Assembly (NCBI RefSeq): GCF_004010195.1
Contig: NC_057750.1
Location: 11,879,144 to 11,943,143 of the forward strand
Direction: 5' to 3'
DNA: 64,000 nucleotides
Source: Chiloscyllium plagiosum
Taxonomy: Eukaryota
A program made the translations under genes and the position numbers. Numbering within the stretch: the stretch's first letter is position 1; the number at the start of each line of letters is the position of its first letter. The notes beneath the pieces are model-generated. The model saw only the letters and a list, made by a program, of their open reading frames with translations, had not been told where the DNA came from and did not search any database. Shown here one piece after another: positions 41,201-53,200 of this stretch.

Positions 41201-44200
41201 CCTTGTTTCCACATGTGTTGACAAAGAACTGTGCGATTGAGTTCAACTTTGGACAGAAGGAACCATGGTGCAGACTTCCTGATGGCTTCATGTACATTCA
41301 ACATGTACCTCTGGATGAGCGTATGCCAGGCACTTTAGGACCAAAAACCAAGTCAGAGTGTGAGGTAGGTTTGCAAATTTTGGTTGGAGTAATTATTGAG
41401 ATTCTAAGATCAGGGCTGTCTATCTCAGAAAAATCTTATCCGTGTACCACATCACTGTTAGTTTTTAGATGAATTCTCCACATGGTTTACTATTAATTTT
41501 CCCCGTGGCCTCTGAATTTATTTGATTTCAATTAAATAATTCAATTCAAAATATTTTGAAAATGTAGAATTTTCCAAAGCTTAGTTTTGGAATGGAGATC
41601 TTTTCTTGAGCCTGTCAAAGATCATAATTCTGCAGTGGCCAATCTTGCAAAGGATCCAGACGGAGGTTGATGAGATTTAGAAATTTGATGTGCTGGTCAC
41701 AAGTCATCTATTCCCTTAGTCCTGTTATGAAAAACACAAAGGGAGAAGTTGGGGACCCCTGTGACAAAGTGCCTTGTTCTTTGTAATTCCACTCCCTCAA
41801 TCAATGCCCATTGCTTACATTGGTGCTTCCCAAACCTTTTCCTCTCTGTGACCCCATTTTGAGGCTTGGAAATTCTCACGATGCCCCTCCCCACATCAAC
41901 TGAAGTAGCAGGGCCATGAGAGTAGGGGCCTGTTAGAATGGGAGCACAGCCTTTGTAACTTAGTCGGAGCTCATGACAGCCATTTACTGCCTCAGAGTCC
42001 AAAGCCAGCTTGTGACCCCAGTTGGGATTCTGACTCCCATTTCAGGAAGCTCTGGCTTTTACAGCACATGCTTGGAATAAAACAATCCATTGTTTATCAA
42101 CATTACATGTGAAAGTAGTCTGATTTATTAAACAGGTGAACATAATATATTTTCTTGAAATTTCTGGCATATTAATGGATGCGTGGGCTTAGTGCAATGG
42201 TTAGGATAAAGGTAGAGCAGGAAGGAATTGGCGACAATCGCTGATTTGAAGAATAATGAATAACCCTGTGTGAGCTTTCCAAATGAGACCCTAGGTCGCA
42301 ACCATACTGTTTCAAACTCATTCGGACCTCCCTATTACGGAATGGTTGGGGAGTGGTATGGCTACATTGGCTGAAGTTGGCCATTGTTCAGACAGAAGGA
42401 GGTAAAATGTATAAGAGGAACTGCTAACTAGTGGAGTTTGTAATACTGGAACAGGTTGTCGGAGATTACTAACTTAAACACAGAATGATAATTTTGACTG
42501 AGTCACTGAGGGTTGAAGCCACTTTAGGTGGGATGGGTATGAGAGGCGTGTACAGAATAGGATATAGCACATGGATTAGTGTAACCATGTGCTGATTGTT
42601 AGGAAAGGTAGAGGATAGTTTTTTTTTAAGAGGAGGTGACAAGGCCAGGGATTGGAGTTTCATTGATAGATGGGCCAGAATATGGATGGAGGTTGTTTTT
42701 TAATTCATAGATTGGATTCCAGTGTCATTGGAATTGCTAGCATTTAATGCAAGCCCCAGTTGTCCTGCACAAGTTAATGGTAAGCTACCAACACAGTGTG
42801 GCATCAAAGAGCTGTAACAAAATCAGAGTCCATGAGAATCAAGGGGAAAATTCGAGACTGATTGGAGTCATACCTGGCCCAAAGGAAAATGGTTGAGGTT
42901 GTTGGAGGGTCTGTAATCTCAAGGCAAGATGTCTCTTCAGCAATTCCTGAGGATAGTGTCTTTGGCCCAGCCATCTTCAGGGGCTTCATCAATAACCTTC
43001 ACTACATTATAAGGTCAAAAGTGAGGATTTTTGCTGATGATTTCACAATGTCCAACATCATTTCTAACTACTTGGATGCCAAAGCAGTCAATGTCTAAGT
43101 CAGCAACACCTAGACAATATCCACACTTGGGCTGAGAAGTGGCAAGTAACTTTTTTGTGCCATACAAATGCCAAGCAATGACCATCTCCAATGAGAGGTA
43201 ATCTAATTGTCATCCTCCACTATCAACATCCTCAGAGTTACCATTGACCTGAAACTGAACTGGATTAGCCAAGTAAATAAAGTGGCCACAAGAGCAGGTC
43301 AGAGGTTAGCAATCCTGCAGCAAGTAACTCACCTCTTTGATTTTTCAAAGCCTGCCCAAAGTTACAAGGCACAAGTCACAAGTCTAATGAAATACTCTCC
43401 AGTTAACTAGATAAGTGCAACATCAACAACTTTCAAGAAGCTTGATACTAAGCATAAACATTCAGTCCCTCCACTACCAAAACTCAGTAGCAGCAGTGTG
43501 TACCTACATTATGGGTCTTCCTGTGCCACATGGACTGAAGCAGCTCAAGAAGGCAGTACACCACCCTGCTCTCAAGTGTCACCAGAGTTGATAACAAATG
43601 TTGGCCCAGCCTGCAATGCCTACTTCTCAGTGAGAAATACAAAAATGTCTTTAGCGTGTAAATGAACCTGTGGTACTGTTTGGAAGGGAATTCCAGGATT
43701 CTTGACCCAAAGATGGTGAAAAAATTACAGTCTAGTTGCAAGACAGGAAGGTGTGTTACTTGGAGGGGCACTTGCAGATGGTAGTGTTCTTGTGCATCTC
43801 ATGCACTTGTCCTTCTAGTTGGTAGATATTATAGGTTTGGAAGGTGCTGTTGAAGAAGCCTTGATATAATGCATGGTGAAAATGATCTTGAGATATGTGA
43901 GCAGCCATGGTACATAATCCTGTAGAGAGCAGTGAAGGACTAGCTATTTTATCAATATTAAATGGAGATTTGCCTTTGGGAGGTCTGTAATTTGTCTTGT
44001 GAAGGGAGTGAATGTTGAAGGTGGTGGATGGTCACTGAAAACAGTTCAGGGGTTGTTGAAAACTGGAGACACAGTTTAGTTGGAAAGAAACTGGGGCACA
44101 CTCCATATCTGGAATGCTGACTTCAATCTGTTCTGCATGGAAATAAGTCAAGTTAACTATGTAGTCAAGTCCTTGGGAGCTGAGAAGTTGGGAAGGTCAC

Positions 44201-47200
44201 TGGCTCTGTGTTATGAGAAGCGTCTGTGTTGCAAGTTCAGAGGAAGACTTCGGAGCAATGATATTCAGTGCAGCTGAGAGTGAGGGGTTGAAAAGCCCTT
44301 AAGAGTATCTGCTTCATACAACTGATCCATATTAGAGCTCAGCGAAAACTCAGGGGCATATCTGACTCTTTCATCTTAGCTCTCGGTGAAGAACTGGAGT
44401 TATGCTTTTGAATGATTTCTAGAATGTAGTTTGAGTTGATGGGAGTGTAGACCTAAGAAGGAAGGGCATTGACTAGGACAGGAGCAATTGGTGAGGCTGC
44501 CCTTGATGGAGCAGCCTCTTGAGAAGGCGTTTTAAGGCCAATTAAGCTAAAGTGAAGTAATGTAACATCTTGTAGAGTTTAATATTATCTGATGACCCAT
44601 TATGTAATCAATGTCAGGGGGAGTTTCTGAGAAATCCATCGAGTATGACCTGTATTTGCAATTTGATATGCATAGGGGTGTCTGACCATAATATGTTACC
44701 TCATATTAATTCTGGATGCTAGAAATACATTATAGGTATATCATAGATTTTATTAATGTTCCCAACTTACGAAGTGCATTGTTTGTACAGCACTGTGGAA
44801 TCATGTGGTTTTATTCCCTTAGTCTCTCCTCTGGATCTCACCTTTTGTCTATTTTAGAACTAAAAGTTTCTGATCCCTAAATAAATCATAGCATATCTCA
44901 TCTAGGATCATAACCGGATACTGAGATGTGTGAGCAGTTATGGAATAAAGCCCTGCAGAGGGCAGTGAAGAGCCAGCTGTGTTTTCAAATCGGAGGGAGA
45001 TTTGCCTTTGGGAGGTCTGTAACGTGCCAGATTGACTGTGACTTGAACAGACAGATTTGGGACAGCATCGCTTAGTTTCTACTTCAAAATAAGATTCTCA
45101 AAGAGGTCAATTCAGAGCAGCCAGCATTAGAACTTTGTGCAATTCTGGCCTACAGTACGACCCTGGATATTCATCATTCCACAGTTGGTGACCTTATTTT
45201 TAGCTCTAGAACTCCCACCCTAACCTGTGCAGATTTCTTTGAGACCTTTTTAATGCCAATCTTTTGGTGAAACTTTTGATCATCTATTCTGCTTTCTCCT
45301 TTGATGTCATTTTGTTTAATAACAGCTCTGGAGTATTGTGAGATGTTTTACTAAGTGTAAGATGCTAAAAAGTTGTTGCAAGCTGACTGATTTTATTAAA
45401 GAGGAATGTACTACATACATACTGTCATTGGGAGGAAGGGAGACTGGAGAAAATGATAGCACTGTTCTTTAAAGAATTTTGGTCATGAGATGTTTTCTTT
45501 AGATCCTGATGATGGTTGGCCTGCCTGCAGCTGGGAAGACAACATGGGCTATTACACATGCAGCTCGCCATCCTTGGAAGAAATACAACATCCTTGGAAC
45601 AAATGCCATCATGGATAAGATGAAGGTAGGTTCAGTGCATGCTGAGCATTTGGTTTCTTGTATTTGTGCCTGAACCTATAAGTAGCTTGAAGATGCTGAT
45701 CTGATTCCCTATTTAACATGTCCTCAGTTTTAATGTGCCCAGTAATAGTGTAAGAATGGGATCAGTATGTGACAAGTCTGCCATCGAAAAATGAACATAG
45801 AGTGAAAACTGGTGATGGGGCCAGGTTTCGTTGACCTAAGAATATTTTTATAGGCTGATGACATTTTGTTTTTACTGTTGTGACAATACCGTACCTTTTA
45901 AGAGAGGTGTTCTACCCTGTTTCCCTTGCAGAGGAGTGTCGTCACAGTTGTGCCAAAATGTCTCCTTCCCGACAGGAAGTCTGTAAACAGCTTAAGTTCT
46001 CCCTGGGTGTTTTTTAAAAGTAAGACAAAAGAATCTTGAGTAGGGAGGTTCAGGCTCTTACAGACTCAGAAGATTTTAGTTTTGCTTTCAGTTAGTTGGT
46101 GGTTTTTGCTGGCTGCTGGAGCTGAAAGCTTAAATTTTCTGCTGTTCGAGTGAAGTCTTAGATAGAGACCCTTCCTCTTAAAAGTTAAAAGGGGTAAATT
46201 ATGTTGTCCCTCTCCAGTCCAATAGAAAGAAACATGACAATGATAACTGTGATGCAGATTTGTGGATTCTGGGTAATCCAAGATGAAGGGCAGGAAGACA
46301 TTGTGGCTGAAAGAGCTGCTCCTTTTTGAGGTATTTTCAGTGTTGGAGCGGATTTCCTCAAATTCTAGGAGCGGTAATTAGAGTTTTGTAAGCTGTTGCA
46401 TTATTTTGGAACTTTGAGGGAAAGAAATCAAAACAACAGCACTTAAAAAGGAGGAAGGGAGGCAAAGGCAGTGACCATGTGGGAAGTGAAACAAGTAAAC
46501 CTGGACAGCTGTCTGACTTAACAGTGAATCTGCACAGCCAACTGCCTCTGCTGTTTGGTTTCAAGTATCTCTGGGCATCAGAATTCATCTAATGAAAATA
46601 AACAAACAGTAAAATTCACATCTGACCTTGGAGAAGCCTTTGTGGGAGAGCTCACAGCAGGAAAGCAACTAAGTGGTTAGTCTTAAAGTGTAACCTTACT
46701 CTTTTTTCTTGGAAATCTACAGTAGTGAGTAGAATGGGGTTTCTTTTTGATAATGTTTTTATTGAGATCTGTCTACTGATTAAACTGTAAAAATATAAAC
46801 ATAGATACTAAGTTAGCCTGGAACAGTGGTTTTAGAGCAGTAAGACTGCTGTTTTCTGGGTCTGTAGATTGTTAAGGTGGAAAGATGACCACTGGAACGC
46901 ACTGACAGCCTTGTTTCTGGTACTGAGACTGGCTCTAATATAACTAGAGGTATGTTAGGTTCCAAGTGATCGATTGTGATAGCAGTCTTTCTAGTCAGAG
47001 GCGCAGATAGACGTCTCTGCGGTTGACAGCGAGACGTCAGAATAGTGTGTTGCTCCCCTGCTTCCAGGATCAAGGATATTTTGGAGAGGGTGCAGTACAT
47101 TCTCAAAGGGGAGAGGGACCAGCAGGAGGTCATTGAACACATTGGAATTAACAGCATAGGAAGAGAAATGGGACGAGATTCTGAGGAGAGAACACAGGAA

Positions 47201-50200
47201 GTTCAACAGGAATTTAAAAAGGAGGTCCTCGAGGTTCGTAATATCAGGATTGTTCCTGGTGCCGTGAGCTACTGAGAGTAGGAATAGAAGGATAGAGCAG
47301 ATGATGCGTGGCTGAGGAGCTGGTGCAGGGGAGAAGGATTCACATTTTTGGATCATTGGAATCTCTTCTGGGGTAGAAGTTACGTGTATAAGAAAGACAG
47401 GTTGCACCTGAATTGGAGGGGGGCTAACTGGTTGGGAGATTGCTAGAGCTGTAGAGGAGGATTTAAGCTAGTAAGGTGCAGGGGTGGGGGAGACCCTGGG
47501 CGACTGAGGAAAGAGATCAGACTGAGTCTGGTGCAGTTGGGAAAAGGAGAAAGTGAGGACTGCAGATGCTGGAGATCAGAGCTGAAAAATGTGTTGCTGG
47601 AAAAGCATAGCAGGTCAGGCAGCATCCAAGGAGCAGGAGAATCGACGTTTCGGGCATGCAGGCGCATGAAGAAGGGCTCATGCCCGAAACGTCAATTCTC
47701 CTGCTCCTTGGATGCTGCCTGACCTGCTGCGCTTTTCCAGCAACACATTTTCAACAGTTGGGAAAAGGAGCAAGTCAAACAGTCAGGGCAGGCAGGAACA
47801 AAACTGAGAACAAGTTAGGACTGATAAGTTAACCCACATTTATTTCAATGCAAGAGGTCTAACAGGTAAGGCAGGTGAACTCTGGGCATGGTTGGGAACT
47901 TGGGATTGGGATATCATAGCAATTATAGAAACTTGGCTCAGGGATGGACAGGACTGACAGCTTAGTGTTCCAGGATGCAAATAGTACAGGAAGGATAGAA
48001 AGCAGGGCAAGAAAGGAGGAGGGGGAGTGGTGTATTTGATAAGGGATAACATTACGGCTGTGTTTAGGGAGGATTTTCCTGGGAATGCACTCGGGGAAAT
48101 TATTTGGGTAGAACTGAGAAAAAAAGGAATGATCACCTTATTGGGATTGCACTATAGACCTACAAATAATCAGTGGGAATTTGGGAAACAAATTTGTAAG
48201 AAGATCTCAATTATCTGTCAGAATGATAGGGTGGTTATGATAGTGGATTTTAACTTTCCAGACATAGATTGGGACTGCTGTAATGTTGAGGGCTTGGATG
48301 GAGAGGAATTTGTTAAGTGTGTTTCTGATTTAGTATGTGGATGTACCTACTACAGAAGGAACAAAACTTTACCTACTGTTGGGAAATAAGGCAGGGCAGG
48401 TGTCTGAGGTGTCACTGGGGGAACACTTCGGAGCCAGTGATCATAATTCTATTAGTTTTAAAATAGTGTTGGAAAAAGATAGACAGGCTCTAAAAGTTAA
48501 ATTTCTAAATTGAAGGAAAGCCAATTTTGATGGTATTAGGCAAGAACTTTCAAAAGTTGATTGGGGGTGGATGTGCACAGTTAAAGTGACAGCTGGAAAA
48601 TGGGAAGCCTTAAAAAAAAAGAGTTAATGAGTGTCTAGAGACAGTATGTTCCTGTTAGGGTGAAGGGCAGGCTGGTTGGTGTAGGGAATGCTGGATGACT
48701 AGAGAAATTGATGTTTTGATCAAGAAAAAGAAGGAAGCATATGTCCGGTACAGACAGCAGAAATGGAATGAACTCCCAGAGTATAAAGGCAGTAGGAGTA
48801 TGCTTAAGAGGGAAATCAGGAGGGCAAAAAGGCAACGTGAGATAGCTTTGGTGAATAGGGTGGAAGAGAATCCAAAAGGATTCTACCAATACATTAAGGA
48901 CAAAAGAGTAACTAGGGAGAGAATAGGGCCCCTCAAAGATTAGCAAGGCAGCCTATGTGTGGAATTGCAGGAGATGGGGGAGATATAAAATAAGTATTTT
49001 GCATTAGTGTTTACTGTGGAGAAGGATATGCAAGATAGAGAACATGAGAAAATAAAAGCAACATCTTGAAAAAAGTTCATATTACAGAGGAGGTGGTGCT
49101 GGATGTCTTAAAATGCATAAAGATGGATATATCTCCGGGACCTAATCAGGTGCACCCCTGAACTCTGTGGAAAGCGATTTCTGGGCCCCTTGCTGAGATA
49201 TTTGTACCATCGATAGCCACAGGTGAGGTTCCAGAAGACTGGAGCTAACATGGTGCCAGTATTTGAGAAAGGTGGTAAGGAAAATCCAGGGAACTATGAG
49301 CCATTTGAGCCTGATATTGGAGGTGGGGGAGTTTTTGGAGGGATTCTTGTATTTGGAAAGGCAAGGACTGATTAGGGATTGTCAACATTGCTTTGTGCAT
49401 GGGAAATCATGTCTCACTAACTTGATCGAGTTTTTCGAAGAAGATTGACGAGGGCAGAAGAGTGGACATGATCTATACGACCACAGTAAGGCGTTTGACA
49501 AGGTTCCTCATGGTAGACTTGTCAGCAAGGTTAGATCACATGGAATACAGAGACAACTAGCCATTTAAATATAGAACTGGCTTAGAGGTGGAAGACAGAG
49601 GGTGGTGGTGGAGGGTTGCTTTCCAGACTGGAGGCCTGTGACCAGTGGAGTGTCACAAGGATCGGTGCTGGGTCCACTGCTTTTCATCATTTATGTAAAT
49701 GATTTGGATGTGAGCATAGGAGGTATAGCTAGTAGGTTTGCAGATGACACCAAAATTGGAGGTTTAGTGGACAGTGAAGAAGATTACCTCAGAGTACAAT
49801 GGGATCTTGATCAGATGGGCCAATGGGCCGAGGAGTGGCAGATGGAGTTTAATTTCGATAAATGTGAGGTGCTGCATTTTGGAAAAGCAAATTAGGGCAG
49901 GAGTTATGCACTTGATGGTATGGTCCTGGGGAGTGTTACTGAACAAAGAGACCTTAAAGTGCAGGTTCATAGATCCTTGAAAGTGGAGTCACAGGTCGAC
50001 AGGGTAGTGAAGAAGATGTTTGGTATGCATGCCTTTATTGGTCAATGCTTTGAATATAGGAGTTGGGAGATCATGTAGTGGCTGTAATAGGACCTTGGTT
50101 AGGCCACTTTTGGAATACTATGTGCAATTCTGGTTTCTCTGCTCTATGAATGTTGTTGTTAAACTTGAAAGGGTTCAGAAAAGATTTACAAGGATGTTGC

Positions 50201-53200
50201 CAGGGTTAGAGGGTTTGAGCTATATGGAGAGGCTGAGTAGGCTGGGGCTGTTTTCTGTGGAATGTTGGAGGCTGAGGAGTTACCTTTTAGAGGTTTATAA
50301 ATCATGAAGGTCATGGATAGGGTGAATGGGGTTGGGAAATCCAAAACTAGAGGGCATTGGTTTAAGATGAGAAGAGAAGATATAAAAGGGACCTTAGGGG
50401 CAACTTTTTTTCATGCAGAGGGTGGTGCGTGTGTGGAATGAACGGCCAGAGGAAGTGATGGAGGCTGGTGCAATTACAGCATTTAAAAGGCACCTGGACA
50501 GGTATATGAATAGGAAGGGTTTAGAGCGATATGGGCTAAATTCAGACAAATGGATTTGTTTGGATAAATTTATTTTGGATATCTGGTTGGCATAGATGAG
50601 TTGGAACACAGATCTGTTTCCATGCTGTACATCTCTATGAATGTAGCAATCTAATTGCATTTGCCAACTGGGTGTTTATGGGATGCTGCCCATATTGGAA
50701 CAGTTGATGATTCATAACTAAATAATGCATTATTTCATACAATCCCTACAATTTGGAAACAGGCCATTTGGCCCAACAAGTCCATACCGACCTTCCAAAG
50801 AGTATCCCACCTAGGCTCATTCCCCTACTACTCTACATTTATCCTGACTAATGCACCTAACCCACACGTCCCTGAACACTGGACAATTTAGCGTAACCAA
50901 TTCAGCTGCACATCTTTGGACTATGGGAGGAAACTGGAGCACCCGGAGGAAACCCACACAGACACTGGGAGAATGTGCAAACTCCACACAGACAGTCGCC
51001 CAAGGCTGGAATCGAACCTGGGTCCATGATGCTGTGTAGCAGCAGTGCTAACCACTGAGCCATCATGCCACCCTTTTTGTTAAGTATTTCAATAGAATTA
51101 AGTGTGTTTTGATTCAAGCTTAGTGGTGGAGCAATTGCATCAAATCTGAAACACAGTTCCTTACACTAGCCTTTTAAAACATGTAAAACTAAGGGTCTGT
51201 GACACTGTGATATGTTTGTGCTTGCAACCCAGTTTTGGAAGGTTTGAAAATATCTGTAATTCTATCAAACACTTCTTTCAGTCAGCCATTGCTAGACAAA
51301 TGTCAAAAGTCAGCTGAAGTGATAGTTTTGATTCTATCACCATTCTGTTATAAAATTATGCACATGCGCAAATGTCCTTTATAATCTTTGGTGGGGCGGT
51401 AGAACTTGTCTTAGTTAAGCACTATTGTTTAAAATTTAGGAAGCCACCAAATACAAAATGTAGTGTTTCTAAGCCTAAAATGTATATGAAATAGTTACCA
51501 TCTTCCAAAGCAAGATTATAAAGGGAGGCAAGTACAAGAGCAGTTAGTGAGTTTCCAAAAGAGAATTGAACACTAGCTAATTGGCTCTGTAGTTCTTAAA
51601 TTGGTTTGATACAAATTGGGTGGATATCAATCATTCCAAGCTACATGGCACACATTAGGAGCCAGTGCTCACTCAGCCCTAAAGAGTCCAGTCCTTTTAG
51701 CAGTTGGCATTTCTGCATTTTCACAGGTGATGGGCCTTCGCCGTCAACGCAATTATGCAGGCCGTTGGGATGTCCTAATCCAGCAGGCTACTCAGTGCTT
51801 GAATCGCCTCATCCAAATTGCTGCTCGCAAGAAACGTAACTACATACTTGACCAGGTACTGTTGTGTTTCCATGCTTTGTTACTACATTAGATAAGCTAG
51901 TTTAATTTCATTTGTTTATGACAGCAAATTAATGATACATTTATTTAGCAAGTTAGAGGTTTGTAATATTGTTTAAAAATTGTAAATAAAGTTGAACTTT
52001 GTTTCGTTGCTTGGGATCAACTGAAAATAGCCATCTCACATAAAGAACAAAAATACAAGATGAAATGTAATGATGTTGCTGCTTAAAAGTAAAACACCAA
52101 TGGTGAGTAAGTGACTGATCTCCATTGTTAATAAGTTTTAAAAAATGCTTTAAAAAGTAAATATAGTAATTGGAACTTTGTTTTGTTAAATAGTTGATGT
52201 TCAGGTAAGTTATGACTAACTATTATTGACTTTCCAGGGCCTCCAGGATGGGCAAGGTAAGTACAGGTCTCAAGGGCAATCTTTGGCTCAGGATAACTGT
52301 AAGTACCACTGGTAAGTAGTTATATGTTGTCTCGTCTGGGGCAGATGGTCTAATGAAGAACTGGTAAGTATCAGTGAGTGTAGTTAGGGTCAAGGTAGGA
52401 AAACCTTTGCACTTCCTTGATGGCATTTGTAGAATTGATTGAATTCCTCAGAAGTGCAAATCCTACTTTTGATTTCAGATGCTCAGCTACACGAGAACCT
52501 GATAGCCAGCCATCCACTATAGGAACCCAGTAATCACTCCATATACTTCATCAGTTTATTTGAACTTTAAAGTTCTGTTAAATTTGAATCAGATTGGCTT
52601 TTCCAATGTTTCTGAAAATATTTAATTGGACCCTTGGCTGAAATGTTCCCCATTCCAGTGGCCCACATATTTAACATTTATGAATTTGGTAGCTCTACTT
52701 AATGTGCACTGAAGATAGGCATGTCTAATTTAACATTCCTACAAGTACACTTAAAGATCTGTACTTCTGTTAAATTTCACAGCCATGTTTGGTGTGCATG
52801 TTGTAGTTGATTTATGCTGCAAAGGCTTTGGGTCTTGTGTTGCTCCATAATTCCTGTATTCAAAGTCTGGAAGTGTCCATACTTTTAAATACAGAGCAAG
52901 GATTTTATCCTGGCAGAACATCGCAACCTAGGAAGCTTTTAGTTTTGAAAATAAGAATGGAGATTAAGTGTAATTACACAATGTTTTTGCAAGGTTGCAG
53001 TGTTCTATAGAGAACATGTTGCATAACAAAGAATTAATGTTTAGTACACGATACAGTTTTCTACTGAATAGATTACAGCTGTACTGTATCGCCAATTTGC
53101 ATGTTTGTACATGTAAAATGTGATATTGCCAGCTGCCTTGTGAAAAGAGATTGTTGTTAGTTTTAAAAAGAGTGAATTGCTTGACATGAGAACTTTGAGA

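Noticed and set aside
52727..52777. Small AT-rich hairpin (aatttaaca...aagtaca/tgtactt...tgttaaatt)
   Set aside because: Short, bulged and AT-rich; insufficient for a miRNA or MITE call.
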